A program made the position numbers and the translations under genes. Source: an uncultured Acidimicrobiia bacterium (lineage in GTDB: Bacteria; Actinomycetota; Acidimicrobiia; Spongiisociales; ZC4RG35). Taken from it: a stretch of DNA of 64,000 nucleotides. Of the stretch, positions 49,668 through 60,347 are shown in pieces. How positions within the stretch are numbered: the first letter of the stretch is position 1; every line of letters starts with the position of its first letter. The stretch spans positions 15,418 through 79,417 of the forward strand of contig CAVYYV010000004.1 of assembly GCA_963772815.1 (NCBI GenBank), read 5' to 3'. The notes beneath the pieces are model-generated. The model had not been told where the DNA came from, did not search any database, and was given only the letters and a program-made list of their open reading frames with translations.

Positions 49668-50636
49668 CTAGGAGCCCGGGATCCGTGCTCGCCCCTGTCC
49701 CTGATCGGAGACGAGATTGAGGGTGACACCGACGATGACCAGGACCATTCCCGCCGCCAGAGGGCCCGTTATTGGTTCCTGCAACAGCGCCGCTGACGAT
49801 ATGACGCCCACCACAGGGACCGCCATCAGGGTCAGATTGGTGGATACGGCGGCGAGATTCCGCAAGATCACTATCTGGGCCCAGAACGCCACTCCCGTGG
49901 CCAGCATCCCCTGATAGGCGACGATCCATGCCAGCTGGGCGGTCCAGTGGATCTGCGGCGGCCCCTCCGTCACCAGCCCGAGTAGGACCAGCGGAATGGC
50001 TGCCCCGGCCAGTTGCCAGGGGATGGCCTCCAGGGGGGCGATGGTCCAACGGTGGGCGCGAATGTGAACCGAGGTTGCGGCGTTGGTGATGGCTGCCAGA
50101 ATCAGCAACCCGTGGCCCAAAGCGACGCCGGGTACGGTCCAGTCCCGACTCCAGGGCTGTGAGAGCACCACCACACCGGTGATCCCGACTGCCAGCCCCA
50201 TCCATCTGCGCCGGTTCATCGTCTCTCCCAGGAACATGGCAGCGATGGGCACCGTCCACAGCGATGTGGTCCATACAACGACCGATGCTCGTCCCGCCGG
50301 CACAAGCCTGAGAGCAGTGAAGACCAGAAGGAAGACCGCCGCCAGGCGAAAGATCCCGAGCGAGACGATGATAGGGAGGTCACGTCGGGGCGGAAGGTGG
50401 AATCTACCGGTGGAGACAGTGATGGTGGTGACGACGAGCGCGGCGCCGGCGACGCGGAACACCGCCATCCAGACCGGGGTGATGGATCTCAGTCCGGTAG
50501 ACATGATCGGCCAGTTCAAGCCCAGCACCACCACGACGGTTGCCAGGAGCAGATACACGATGATCGGGTTGAGGCGCCGCTCGTGGCGCTCACCCTCTTG
50601 AGAGCGCCAGATCATGTTCCGGAGAGAGCCGGTCAT
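49668..50636 (-). CDS. EamA/DMT-superfamily transporter
   Basis: 10-TM EamA pattern. Confidence 0.8.
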   Translation of the reverse strand: MTGSLRNMIWRSQEGERHERRLNPIIVYLLLATVVVVLGLNWPIMSTGLRSITPVWMAVFRVAGAALVVTTITVSTGRFHLPPRRDLPIIVSLGIFRLAAVFLLVFTALRLVPAGRASVVVWTTSLWTVPIAAMFLGETMNRRRWMGLAVGITGVVVLSQPWSRDWTVPGVALGHGLLILAAITNAATSVHIRAHRWTIAPLEAIPWQLAGAAIPLVLLGLVTEGPPQIHWTAQLAWIVAYQGMLATGVAFWAQIVILRNLAAVSTNLTLMAVPVVGVISSAALLQEPITGPLAAGMVLVIVGVTLNLVSDQGQGRARIPGS

Positions 50637-50698
50637 GCTCCGCGTCTCCCCATTGGCGCCGGGGGTATGGTGCCGCCACCGACCCCTAGGTAGGAGCC

Positions 50699-51697
50699 AT
50701 GAAGACTGTCGACGTCCATTGCCATCTCTCTACTCCCGCCGCCAAGGCGCCGGTAGAGGTACACCGGCGGCCGGAGTTCGAGCCCTACGACTACTTCATG
50801 AATCAGGCTTCCAAGGAGCAGAACCGGGAGATGCTTCCCAGCATCGAACCCGTCCTGACGGATCCATCGGCGCGGTTGGAGCACATGGATGCGATGGGGA
50901 TCGAACTGCAGGGTCTGGCCACCTTCGTGTCGGAGTACTTCTATTGGGCGCCGGGACCGGCCGCGGCCGAATCTGCTCGCATCCAGAACGACAACCTGGC
51001 GGCGGTGGCGGCCGAGCGCCCGGATCGGTTCGCAGCCATCGGTGCCACCCTGCCGCTGCAGGATATCGATCTGGCGCTGGCCGAGATGGATCGGGCAGTC
51101 GATGAGTTGGGCTTCAAGGGCGTCCAGATCGGAGGAACGATCGACGGTCGGAACCTGGATGAACCACGGTTCCGTCCTTTCTGGGCCGCCGTCGAAGCCA
51201 AAGGGGTGCCGGTCATCCTCCATCCCAGCGGTTATCCGGAGGGGCGGCGCCTTTCCGACTACTTCTTGACCAACTGCATCGGGAATCCTCTCGAGACCAT
51301 GGTGGCCGCCACCCGCATGATCTTCAGTGGGCTGTTCGAGGAGCACCCCGGGATCAAGCTGGTGCTTCTCCACGGCGGCGGCTATCTCCCCTTCTACTGC
51401 TCCCGGGCCGATCACACGTGGAAGGTCAGACCCGAGACACGTAGGCGGATTCCCGAGCACCCGCCCAGTCACTACATGAAGCGCCTCTATTACGACACGA
51501 TGGTCTTTCAACCGCTCTACCTCCGGCATCTGATCGAGGTGGTTGGGCCGGAACGGGTCATGCTCGGCACGGACTTCCCTTTCGATATGAGCGAGACCGA
51601 CCCGCTGCGCCTGCTGGCCGAGACCGGTGGTCTGGACTCCGACCAGCGTGCGGCCATCTCGGGGGGGACCGCCAAGAGGCTGTTCACCCTGGACTGA
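50699..51697 (+). CDS. Amidohydrolase-2 family (ACMSD-like metal-dependent hydrolase/decarboxylase)
   Basis: 'VDVHCHL' N-terminal His pair, 'VILHPSG', 'LHGGGYLPF', 'GTDFPFD' are the amidohydrolase_2 hallmarks. Confidence 0.8.
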   Translation: MKTVDVHCHLSTPAAKAPVEVHRRPEFEPYDYFMNQASKEQNREMLPSIEPVLTDPSARLEHMDAMGIELQGLATFVSEYFYWAPGPAAAESARIQNDNLAAVAAERPDRFAAIGATLPLQDIDLALAEMDRAVDELGFKGVQIGGTIDGRNLDEPRFRPFWAAVEAKGVPVILHPSGYPEGRRLSDYFLTNCIGNPLETMVAATRMIFSGLFEEHPGIKLVLLHGGGYLPFYCSRADHTWKVRPETRRRIPEHPPSHYMKRLYYDTMVFQPLYLRHLIEVVGPERVMLGTDFPFDMSETDPLRLLAETGGLDSDQRAAISGGTAKRLFTLD

Positions 51698-51957
51698 GAG
51701 GCCGGAGTCATGGCCGAGGCGACTCACGGCCGTCGTCATGACTCAGCCCTCACGGTTCCTTCGGGGCCGCTCGCCGTCGGGCTCGTAGCTGTATGCGGCG
51801 AGAGAAGGCGTCCAGCGGGCAATTGCCAGGGCCCCGAGGACGCACACGATCCCGCCCGAGACCACCGAGAACCTGATCGAGGCCAGCGAGGCGACCACCC
51901 CTGCCTCCAGGTCACCCAGCCTAGGCCCGCCGGCCACTACCGCTATGTGCATCGACA

Positions 51958-52986
51958 TCAGCCGGCCCCGGAGCGCGTCGGGGTGGACATCTGGACGATG
52001 GTGTTGCGGAAGATGGCGGACACGACGTCTGCGGCGCCGGCGATTGCCAGCATCGTGAGGGCCAGGGCGGTCGAGGCGGTCAGGCCAAACAAGGCTATGG
52101 CCAGACCCCAGCCGATGACGGCCACGATGACGGCTCGACCCTGGCGGCGAATGGAGGCCACCCAGCCCGAAGTGAGGGCAGCGAAGAGGGCTCCCGCCCC
52201 GGGAGCTGCGTAGAGCAGGCCGACTGTGAAGGCGTTCCCGTTCAAGATTTGGGTACCGACTGCGGGGAAGAGGGCGGTCGGCATTCCAAACACCATCGCG
52301 TTGAGATCGATGAGCAGGGCCGCCTGGATGAGGCGGCGGGATCGTAGATATCGGAAGCCGTCGACGATCGAGGAGATACTGACACGTCGTTTCCCGCCCA
52401 CGACGGGAAGGCTGGGAATCCGGTGGAACAGGACTCCGCTGGCAACGAACATGACGGCTACCACCGCGTAGCTGAAGGGAAGCCCGGCCGTGGCGATCAG
52501 GAGGCCGCCGGCGGCGGGCACGGCCGCCGTGGCGACGTTCCCGAGCGTCTGATTGAGGGCCAGGGCGGATGGGAGGAGTGCTCGCCCCACGAGGCCCGGC
52601 AGCACTGCCTGACGGGCCGGGGAGTCTACGGCCGAAACCCCTGCGTTCAGCCCGCTGAGGACGAAGAGTGGCCAGAGCAGCGGAGAGTCGCTGGCGGCAT
52701 TCCACAACAGCCCGACCCCGGTGAGGGCGAGAATCACCTGTGACAACGAGAGAAGCCGACGGCGATCCACCGCATCGGCCAGGGCGCCTCCCACCAGGGA
52801 TACGAGCAGGAGTGGTACGAGCTGAGTGAGTCCCAGCAGGCCCACTGCCAGCGTGGATCCGGTCAGCTCGAACACCTGGAACGGAACGGCCACCACCGTC
52901 ATCTGTCGTCCGGCCTGTCCGAAGAACAGGCCTGCGAACAGCCACCGGTATCCGGGTACGAGCCGGAGCGGTTTGACGTCCACCAC
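51958..52986 (-). CDS. MFS transporter
   Basis: 12-TM MFS layout. Start taken at the GTG ('VVDVKPLRLVPGYRWLF'). The upstream ORF extension and the overlapping ORF 51743..53002 are Arg/Pro-rich artefacts. Confidence 0.75.
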   Translation of the reverse strand: MVDVKPLRLVPGYRWLFAGLFFGQAGRQMTVVAVPFQVFELTGSTLAVGLLGLTQLVPLLLVSLVGGALADAVDRRRLLSLSQVILALTGVGLLWNAASDSPLLWPLFVLSGLNAGVSAVDSPARQAVLPGLVGRALLPSALALNQTLGNVATAAVPAAGGLLIATAGLPFSYAVVAVMFVASGVLFHRIPSLPVVGGKRRVSISSIVDGFRYLRSRRLIQAALLIDLNAMVFGMPTALFPAVGTQILNGNAFTVGLLYAAPGAGALFAALTSGWVASIRRQGRAVIVAVIGWGLAIALFGLTASTALALTMLAIAGAADVVSAIFRNTIVQMSTPTRSGAG

Positions 52987-53152
52987 AACCCGCCGCCCCC
53001 ACCTCAGCAAGGGACGCTTCAACGAGCGACCGTTTCCGATGAGGGACTTCGGGTCGTGAGATCGATCGATGCGGTGCTCCAGGGGGCTGAGTAGCGGGGC
53101 GTTCGGCGCCGCGCAGTTCTGCGGTCCACCTCTTCGCGTTGCGCCCCGGCAG

Positions 53153-53390
53153 TCAGAGCGTGCCTCGATATGATCCTCCGTCCGGCTGCAGGTTCCGGCC
53201 GGAGATGTAGCCCGAGTTGGCGCCGCACGCGAAGGCACAGGCGGCGCCGAATTCCTGGGGCCGGCCTATGCTCCTGACGGCGATGCTGTCGACGATTGTG
53301 CATCGCGCCTCCTCGTAGGTGATACCGGCGGACTCGGTCCTTTTCCTGGCCATGTATACCTGAGGTTCCGTGTCTGTCCGTTCTGGGAGT
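53153..53390 (-). pseudogene. C-terminal fragment of a short-chain dehydrogenase/reductase (SDR) gene
   Basis: '...IGRPQEFGAACAFACGANSGYISGRNLQPDGG' is the canonical SDR C-terminus. No N-terminal Rossmann/catalytic region is present upstream. Confidence 0.45.
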
Positions 53391-53504
53391 CGATACTTGG
53401 GACGAAGACGGCGTGTGACGTGGCGGGCGGGGAGATGTCGTCGACGTAACGTCCTCTCCCTGTGATCAGACGGGAATCCTCGAGCCGACGAAGCGGCCGA
53501 CCGA

Positions 53505-54383
53505 TCATCGTTCGAGGCCGGCTTGCTTGCGGAGATGCTCAAACAAGACGGCCGCGTCGAAATCCCCCAAACCGGTTGCGCTGGCCCGGGTATAGACCTC
53601 GAGGGCTGCATCGAGGAGCGGGGTTGGAGCCCCCAGGCCTTCGGCGAATTCTTCGATGATCCGTGCGTCTTTGAGGATGATGTCCAGCCGGGCAGCGGCT
53701 GGGTATTCGCCGGCCACCATCATCGGGCCCCTGATCTCGAAGATCTTCGAGGAGCCGACGCCGTCTTCCATCACCTCTTGGACAACTGCAGGGTCCATTC
53801 CGGCGGCCATTCCGAGAACGTGGGCCTCGGCGGTGGCCAGGTTGTGGATGGTCACCAGAAGGTTGGCGATGTATTTCATCTTGGAGCCGTTGCCGAATTC
53901 CCCCAGGTAATGCGTTGACCGGCCGATGGCACGGAAGACCGGCTGGGCTCGTTCGAACGCTTCCGGCGTTCCCGATGCGAACACGACCAGGGTTCCGTCT
54001 GCTGCCTGCAGGCCGGTGCCCGACAGCGCCGTGTCCATCAGTTCGATCCCGGCTGCCGCCAGCACATCGCGGGCAGAGAACTTGGCGCTGAGCGGGAACG
54101 TGCCGGTTTCGAGGCAGAGCAATTCGCCATGGGCATTGGCGGCGATCTCGTCGGCCACCGCCGCCAGGGCCTCGACGGTGGGAAGGGAGAAGATGACCGT
54201 GTCTGCTCGCTCGGCCACCGCAGCCGCATTCGCCAGGACGCTCACACCGGCGTCGGTGGCGATCTGTCTCCTGTGGGGAGCGAGATCGAACCCGAGTACT
54301 TCATGATCGGCCGCGAGGAGATTCTTGGCCATGGCGGCACCCATGACCCCGAGCCCGATGATTCCCACCCGCACAGACATCAT
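53505..54383 (-). CDS. 3-hydroxyisobutyrate dehydrogenase family NAD(P)-dependent oxidoreductase
   Basis: 'VGIIGLGVMGAAMAKNL' Rossmann motif. 6PGDH-like C-terminal helical domain. ATGA overlap with the upstream PEP-utilising enzyme gene. Confidence 0.8.
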   Translation of the reverse strand: MMSVRVGIIGLGVMGAAMAKNLLAADHEVLGFDLAPHRRQIATDAGVSVLANAAAVAERADTVIFSLPTVEALAAVADEIAANAHGELLCLETGTFPLSAKFSARDVLAAAGIELMDTALSGTGLQAADGTLVVFASGTPEAFERAQPVFRAIGRSTHYLGEFGNGSKMKYIANLLVTIHNLATAEAHVLGMAAGMDPAVVQEVMEDGVGSSKIFEIRGPMMVAGEYPAAARLDIILKDARIIEEFAEGLGAPTPLLDAALEVYTRASATGLGDFDAAVLFEHLRKQAGLER

Positions 54384-56063
54384 GCTTCTCCGAACAGGGG
54401 AGTGGTGGAGACGACACCCGAATAGCCGTCCACCGCCACGATCTCGTCGTCGGTCTCCCCCGACGACACTCCACACACAGCCGGTACTCCCAGAGACCGG
54501 GCGGACTCGAAGAGGTGGGCGGCCGGGGATCCCGATTCTGTCACCAATCCCGCCGAATCCCACAGGAACGGGGCCAGGTTGGGGACGGGTTGTGGAGCGG
54601 CGATCACTTCCCGGGGCGAGAACCAGGCGGCCTCGTCGGGTCCATTGATCGAGTGCCGTCGGCCCGCCCCGATGCCGGGGGCCGCCGGGGTGCCCCGGTG
54701 ACGTTGTCCTCCGGCCAGGACTACGGAGGCCACGAAAGGTTCCCAGCCGGAGACACCGACGCGGTCGACGGCACTTGTGGGGGTCTTCTGTGCCGCCCGT
54801 TCGACCTCGTGAGTCGTGGCGTACCAGGCCGAGCCGGGGTCGGGGAAAGCGCCCAGTCCTACCAGGGCCTGGCGCATGCCGTCCACCAGGGACAGAAGCG
54901 TCGTCGCCTTCGCTGTGTCGGGGGGACGAAGCCGCCGGATGCGGGCCAGCGCAGGTGAGGGATCGCCGGTGCGGAGTCGTTCCAGGGTTTCCAGGGCCAA
55001 TGATTGGGCTTGGGGAGCGGCACATCCCCACACTTCGGCCGTCAACTCCGCGCATAGGTGGCGGGCTCGGGCCAGCGCCGTCGCCGGCCTCTCGACGGAG
55101 GAGGCCACGTTTTGGGGGAGGCCCGCCAGAGCCCAAGGGAGAACCAGTTCTTCGCCCAGGGCGCCCGGGGCTCTGGTCACCGTGCGTGCCACGTCGAGCA
55201 GGATGGGGTCGAGGTCTCGAGGGTGGGTGATGAGCTGAGCGGGGGCGGGGGGAGCGGGCACCGAGTCCAGCTGCAGAATCCAGATGTCGTCGTCCAACGC
55301 CCATTCGCAGCGGTCGGCGCCGACGACCTGGTGCGCTCTTCTGATGAGTGTGGCGATGGCGTCGAGCCTGTCGGCTCCCAGCAGGGCGATGGCCTCTTCG
55401 CCAAGCCACTGGCCGTCCCATCGTGCCTCAGCACCCCGTGACCAGCCCTGGAGCAGCGGGGCAGGCGAGCCCTCGACCGTATGAACCGCTACCCGGCCCT
55501 CCCCATCGATGACCGCCGTCCCCCCCGCCGTCGGAACCAGGGCAGGTTGGACCAGAACGCTCATCGGGAAGGAGCCGGGCTCGATGTTCTCGGCTCGCTG
55601 CCGGCTGATTGCCTGCACGGAGAAGGCCGACGCCCAGCATCCGACGATCGCCCTGGGCAGTTCGTCGGGAGCCAGGTCCAGATACGAGGTGAAGGCGCCC
55701 GACCACCGGCCCGATGCCTCGAGACTGGTGGAGGAGCGGGCCACCAGCCGGGGACCGAGACGGGATCCAGGCCGCGACCAGATCGTCGGCGATGGGCAGA
55801 GGCTCGGACATCACCTCCAGGCGTGCCCCTCCCGAGCCCCGCCTGGTCAGCGCAGCGGCGCCGATCTTCATGTGGTGGGTGGAGGCCGAACCGTTCACGA
55901 CGAATCCGGGAAGGACCGGGATTCCTGCCCGGCGTGCCCTGGCCAGCCGGGCCGCCTTGGCGCCGACCAGCCGGTGATCGAGACAGCGATCGTCGTCGAG
56001 CCCGATGAGCAGCGACCTCTCAGAGCTCAGCGGGGCAGCGGCCAGTCGATCGGGATATCGCAC
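54380..56063 (-). CDS. PEP-utilising enzyme family protein (PPDK/PEP-synthase-type ATP-grasp nucleotide-binding domain + mobile His domain); frame break near 55745
   Basis: N-terminal 'GAKAARLARARRAGIPVLPGFVV'. Then, in another frame, 'ARSSTSLEASGRWSGAFTSYL' and 'IVGCWASAFS' (PPDK_N motifs). C-terminal 'AAHLFESARSLGVPAVCGV' is the mobile domain. Confidence 0.7.
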
Positions 56064-56073
56064 GACCCTGGCG

Positions 56074-57312
56074 TCAGTCGATGACGATGATCTCGTGGTT
56101 CTTGTACGTCGATACGAGCTCGATGCCGGTGTCCGTGACGTAGATCATCTCTTCGAGACGCACCCCGTAGTCGTGTACCTTGCCATGCTGGGTTTCCAGA
56201 GCGAAGGTCATGCCCGGCTGGATCTCGACCGGGTGATCGAGGGACCAGATCCGGGATATCACCGGCGGGTCGTACTGGGCCAGGCCCAGCCCGTGACCCC
56301 AGTTGTTGGCTGCTGCACGGTCCTCTTCCTCGTATCCCCATGCCTCCTTGGCCGACGGCCATTTGGAGGCGACGTCGGCGGTCGTCACCCCCGGCTTGGT
56401 CGCTTCGATCGAATCCCACAGCCACTTGTGGGCCATGTCGTAGGCCTGCTGGTGCTCATCGGTGGGTTTGCCCCCCACGCAGTAGGTTCGATAGACGCAG
56501 GACTTGAACCCGTTCCAGGTCAGAGCGGCCAGATCGATGATGACGAGCTCGCCGGGACGGATCATGCGGTCGGAGAAGTTGCGCCAGTTGGGCCAGGCAT
56601 TGGGACCGGAAGACACGATGACGTCCTCGACGTCTTCCATCCCCGGGATCGAGTAGAGCTGCTCGAATCCAAAGGCTGCCACTTCATTCTCGGTCATGCC
56701 GGGCTTCATGAAGTTCGTTATCTCGTAGTGCACCCGGTCGCAGATGGCTCCGACGATCTGAAACGCCTTGATCTCGTCGGGAGACTTGATGGCCCTCGCC
56801 TCCATCATGGGCGACATACCATCGGTCCATTCGATTCCCCGTTCTTGAAACGCCCGCAAGAGGTTGATGTCGATGAAGTCGACTCCGAGTGGTAGATCCC
56901 GGACCCCGGCCTCCTCCAGGTCGTTCAAGAGGGCGTCCACGAACTTCGTGACCTGTTGGTCGGCGGCCGGACCGACGGCTCCCTTGATCCATATGTAGGA
57001 GTGGCGGATGTTCTCCTTTGGGATCCATGGATTGTGGACCTCGAGGTGCATGCCGATGTCGCCTTGCTCGTACACGATGGGAGGCTTTCCCGCCGGCAGG
57101 ACCACGTAGCGCAGACCGGGCTTGAGACGGTTCCACCCAGGCGTCAGGGTCGACGACACGTATCGCATGTTCTCGTCATAGAACAGCAGCAGCGCCCCGA
57201 GACCGTGCCGCTCCATGGCCTCGTGAGCCCTCTTGAGCCGCCAGTCTCTGACGTTGGCCCAGTTGATCCCTTCCTTCCAGTCGGTGCTCAGACCGAAAAA
57301 TGCTTCTCGCAT
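56074..57312 (-). CDS. M24-family metallopeptidase (creatinase/prolidase/Xaa-Pro aminopeptidase type)
   Basis: Creatinase_N-like N-terminus plus pita-bread domain 'GELVIIDLAA...', 'HGLGLAQYDPP', 'GMTFALETQ'. Confidence 0.8.
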   Translation of the reverse strand: MREAFFGLSTDWKEGINWANVRDWRLKRAHEAMERHGLGALLLFYDENMRYVSSTLTPGWNRLKPGLRYVVLPAGKPPIVYEQGDIGMHLEVHNPWIPKENIRHSYIWIKGAVGPAADQQVTKFVDALLNDLEEAGVRDLPLGVDFIDINLLRAFQERGIEWTDGMSPMMEARAIKSPDEIKAFQIVGAICDRVHYEITNFMKPGMTENEVAAFGFEQLYSIPGMEDVEDVIVSSGPNAWPNWRNFSDRMIRPGELVIIDLAALTWNGFKSCVYRTYCVGGKPTDEHQQAYDMAHKWLWDSIEATKPGVTTADVASKWPSAKEAWGYEEEDRAAANNWGHGLGLAQYDPPVISRIWSLDHPVEIQPGMTFALETQHGKVHDYGVRLEEMIYVTDTGIELVSTYKNHEIIVID

Positions 57313-57338
57313 GAATACCGCTCCCTCAGACGCCTGTT

Positions 57339-58574
57339 TCAGTTGACCTTGTCGGGGATGACCTGGCGGACGACGTCGAGGAATTCGTCGTCGTCCAACA
57401 GGCCCTTCTTAGCCAAAGACCGACCCTTCACCTCGGCCAGGATCGCCTCGATCTCCTTGGTCTCGACGTCGTTGATGCCGTGCCGGGCCAGCCAGATGGC
57501 AATGGAGTCGAGCCCGGAGCCCTTTCCCAGGACGATGCTCGGGTCGGCCTGGCCGACCAGCTCGGGACGGTAAGGGAAGGGCTCGAGCAACTCGTCGCCC
57601 ACGTTGTTGACCCAGGTGGCGATGATGCCCGATTCGACGTTGTACAGCATCTCGCCGGTGACCGGGCGATTGGCGGGCTGGGTGACACGCGACAGCTCGG
57701 CCACCAGTCGTGCGATGTCGGTGAACCTCTCCGTCTTGACGCCGGTGTCGATTCCGTACATGGTCAAAAGGGCCAGGACCGTCTCCTCGGTGGGAGCGTT
57801 GCCGGCCCGCTCCCCGATCCCGCTGACGGTGGTGTGGAGAACGGAGGCGCCCTCTGTCACGGCCAAGGCCGTGTTCGCCACCCCCATACCGAAGTCCATG
57901 TGGAAATGGGTCTCGAGCGGCACGCCAGGGAAACGCTCTCGAACTTTGCGCGTGTAGTAGCGGATGGCATGGGGAGACGTCACTCCGAAGGTGTCGACGA
58001 GGGCGATGTTGTCGACATGACCATTGGTAGCCACCGTCTCGAGGTCATCGAGGAGCTGGGTCATCGTCGCTCTCGTGGCGTCGATGGGAAAGAACGTCAC
58101 CTTGAGCCCATTGTCGTGGGCGTATTTGGTTGCCTCGACGGAGGCGTCGATCGCCTTTTGCACCGGCCACCGGTAGGCCTTCTCGATCAAGTGATGGCTG
58201 GCGGGAACCTCCATCACCACACCCGACACCCCACAATCGAGGGCCAATTCCACGTCCGAGACCAGACACCTGCTGAAGGCATAGATCTCAGTCGGCAGCT
58301 CGGCCGCCACCATCCGCTCGATGGCCTCCTTGTCGGCAGGGGAGACTGCCGGCAAGCCGGCCTCGATGCGATGGATACCGGCCTCGGCGAGCGCTTCGGC
58401 GATCCGCACCTTCTCGTCGGCGGTGAACTCCACACCGGCCTGCTGCTCCCCGTCCCGCAAGGTCACGTCGTGGATACGTATCTCGTCGGGAACTTGAAAT
58501 CCCTCTGTGACCTCCGGCAGGTAGTTCCAGGGACTGGAAAACCATTGCTCGGTCTTCCAAGGTTCTTGAGCCAT
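57339..58574 (-). CDS. DRE-TIM metallolyase (HMG-CoA lyase / homocitrate-isopropylmalate synthase-like aldolase)
   Basis: 'IHDVTLRDGEQ' and 'ETHFHMDFGMGVANTALAV' motifs. Confidence 0.8.
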   Translation of the reverse strand: MAQEPWKTEQWFSSPWNYLPEVTEGFQVPDEIRIHDVTLRDGEQQAGVEFTADEKVRIAEALAEAGIHRIEAGLPAVSPADKEAIERMVAAELPTEIYAFSRCLVSDVELALDCGVSGVVMEVPASHHLIEKAYRWPVQKAIDASVEATKYAHDNGLKVTFFPIDATRATMTQLLDDLETVATNGHVDNIALVDTFGVTSPHAIRYYTRKVRERFPGVPLETHFHMDFGMGVANTALAVTEGASVLHTTVSGIGERAGNAPTEETVLALLTMYGIDTGVKTERFTDIARLVAELSRVTQPANRPVTGEMLYNVESGIIATWVNNVGDELLEPFPYRPELVGQADPSIVLGKGSGLDSIAIWLARHGINDVETKEIEAILAEVKGRSLAKKGLLDDDEFLDVVRQVIPDKVN

Positions 58575-58705
58575 CAGCTACTCCTGTCCGTTCGAAGGCC
58601 TGATCCTACGTCATCTGCGATTGGTCATCACCAAGCCCTTCGTCAAACAGGGGAGCCAGATCGAACTCCACATCGAAGAAGACCCCCATCGGCCCAGCCT
58701 CCCGT

Positions 58706-59713
58706 CTATAGGTTACGAGTGGCCGCCACGACTCGATGAAGTTGTGTGACCCTGAGTTCGTCCACAAGCCGACGAGATACTCCCTCCACGCATCCGGCCC
58801 GGGTTGCCGCCGCCGCACCCACGGATTGAGCATGGGCCAGCAACTCAGCGAGATCACCCGGCCCCAATTCATCGAGCGTTGACGGGGTGGGAGGCGACGT
58901 GTGTTCGATCAGCCATTCGATGACCCCGGCGCAGAAGGCGTCGCCGCAGCCAGTGGCGTCGACGGGATCGATGTGGAATGCGGGTTGCGCAACGGAGGTC
59001 GTGGCCGTGATCGCCAGAGCACCGGATGTTCCCGACGTCAGAAGCACCAGGCGGGGGCCCGACTCGAGGAGAAACGTCAGCGCCGACTCGAGGTTGGGCG
59101 CTCCCGTCACCGCCATTGCCTCTTTCTCGTTGCAGTGGACGATGTGGACGTGAGGCAGCACCGGCAACACCAGATCAACCGGTCTCGAGGGATGTGGCTG
59201 CATCACGTCGAGCATGACCAGGACCCCGGACAGATCGGCCAGTAGAGATTCCAAGTGGAGATCGATACCTGTGTAGCCGGGTCGCAGGGTGAGGACATGG
59301 GGACTGAATCTCTCCAGAGCGGCGGCAACGTGATCGGGGTCGAGGTACCAATTGGCTCCCGGGTCGACGTGAAAGCGGCGATCCTCGCCCCGGACCTCCA
59401 GCACCAGGTTCTTGCCGGTGTCGTGGGACGGAACTCGCTGGAGGAAGGTCTCGAGGTCGTGTCGCTTGATGACTTCGGCCACGTAGGCTCCGTACATTCC
59501 ATCGCCGAGGGCCGCCACCAGCCCGATCGAGCGGGAGGGAAAGCCCAGCTTGACGAGATCGATCGCCACATCTACCGGATGGCCGCCGATGAGCGACTCG
59601 ATCTCGCCCGGTGTGTAGACCACGTGGCCGGGTTCGGCAATGTGGGGCAATCCCACTGCCAGGACGTCGACCATGACGGTGCCGACCGCCATCACTCTGG
59701 CCGGCTCAGTCAT
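58706..59713 (-). CDS. PfkB-family carbohydrate/small-molecule kinase
   Basis: Ribokinase-like fold with 'DATGCGDAFCAGVI' anion-hole motif. Confidence 0.75.
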   Translation of the reverse strand: MTEPARVMAVGTVMVDVLAVGLPHIAEPGHVVYTPGEIESLIGGHPVDVAIDLVKLGFPSRSIGLVAALGDGMYGAYVAEVIKRHDLETFLQRVPSHDTGKNLVLEVRGEDRRFHVDPGANWYLDPDHVAAALERFSPHVLTLRPGYTGIDLHLESLLADLSGVLVMLDVMQPHPSRPVDLVLPVLPHVHIVHCNEKEAMAVTGAPNLESALTFLLESGPRLVLLTSGTSGALAITATTSVAQPAFHIDPVDATGCGDAFCAGVIEWLIEHTSPPTPSTLDELGPGDLAELLAHAQSVGAAAATRAGCVEGVSRRLVDELRVTQLHRVVAATRNL

Positions 59714-60290
59714 GGAGTTCCTCGGCCTTCCCGTGCCAGGTTTCGACAAAGGACCCGGCTTCATCCGGGTCGGCACCCCAGGCCACGATCCCGTGCTGGA
59801 CCAGAACGAAGTATCCGACCTCTGGATCGCGATCGAGTAGACGTTCGATCTCGCTCACCGATTCGCTGGTTCCAGCCGGGAAGAAGCGATCCGTGGAAGG
59901 TATGCTCAGCCGATCCGCCCGTTCCAGCATTTCGGAGTCGTGCAGATGGAAGATGGACTGTGCGGTGGGACGGCGGCGGTAGACGGTGCCGTGGACGAAG
60001 CTATCCCGCGATGGGGTGTGGTCACCGAGGTAAGACACCTCCAGCGTCCCGTCCGATCGGCGCTCGAGGTCGACCACCCGGACCCAGTCCCCCGGTTCGA
60101 TCGAAGCCAGTTCGACCTCGGTGCGTGTGATGACGAAGCCACGCTCGTAGCGCACGCTCAGGTTGCCTGCTGCTCCCGGAGCGATCCCGAGGCGGCTGAG
60201 TCGCGCTCCCCACCACGAGAGCCGGCCGAGGCGCCGGTCATCGCTCAGGTCCGGCGGGAGATCTCCGATTCGCCTGGCCAGGACTTTCAC
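59706..60290 (-). CDS. Class II aldolase/adducin-family protein (fuculose-/ribulose-phosphate aldolase-like)
   Basis: 'SIFHLHDSE' and 'GYFVLVQHGIVAWG' motifs. Confidence 0.75.
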   Translation of the reverse strand: MKVLARRIGDLPPDLSDDRRLGRLSWWGARLSRLGIAPGAAGNLSVRYERGFVITRTEVELASIEPGDWVRVVDLERRSDGTLEVSYLGDHTPSRDSFVHGTVYRRRPTAQSIFHLHDSEMLERADRLSIPSTDRFFPAGTSESVSEIERLLDRDPEVGYFVLVQHGIVAWGADPDEAGSFVETWHGKAEELHD

Positions 60291-60347
60291 GCCTTCATCC
60301 GATCATGACGTGAGACTGCCAATAGTCTCGTGTGCTGCCTTCCCGCC

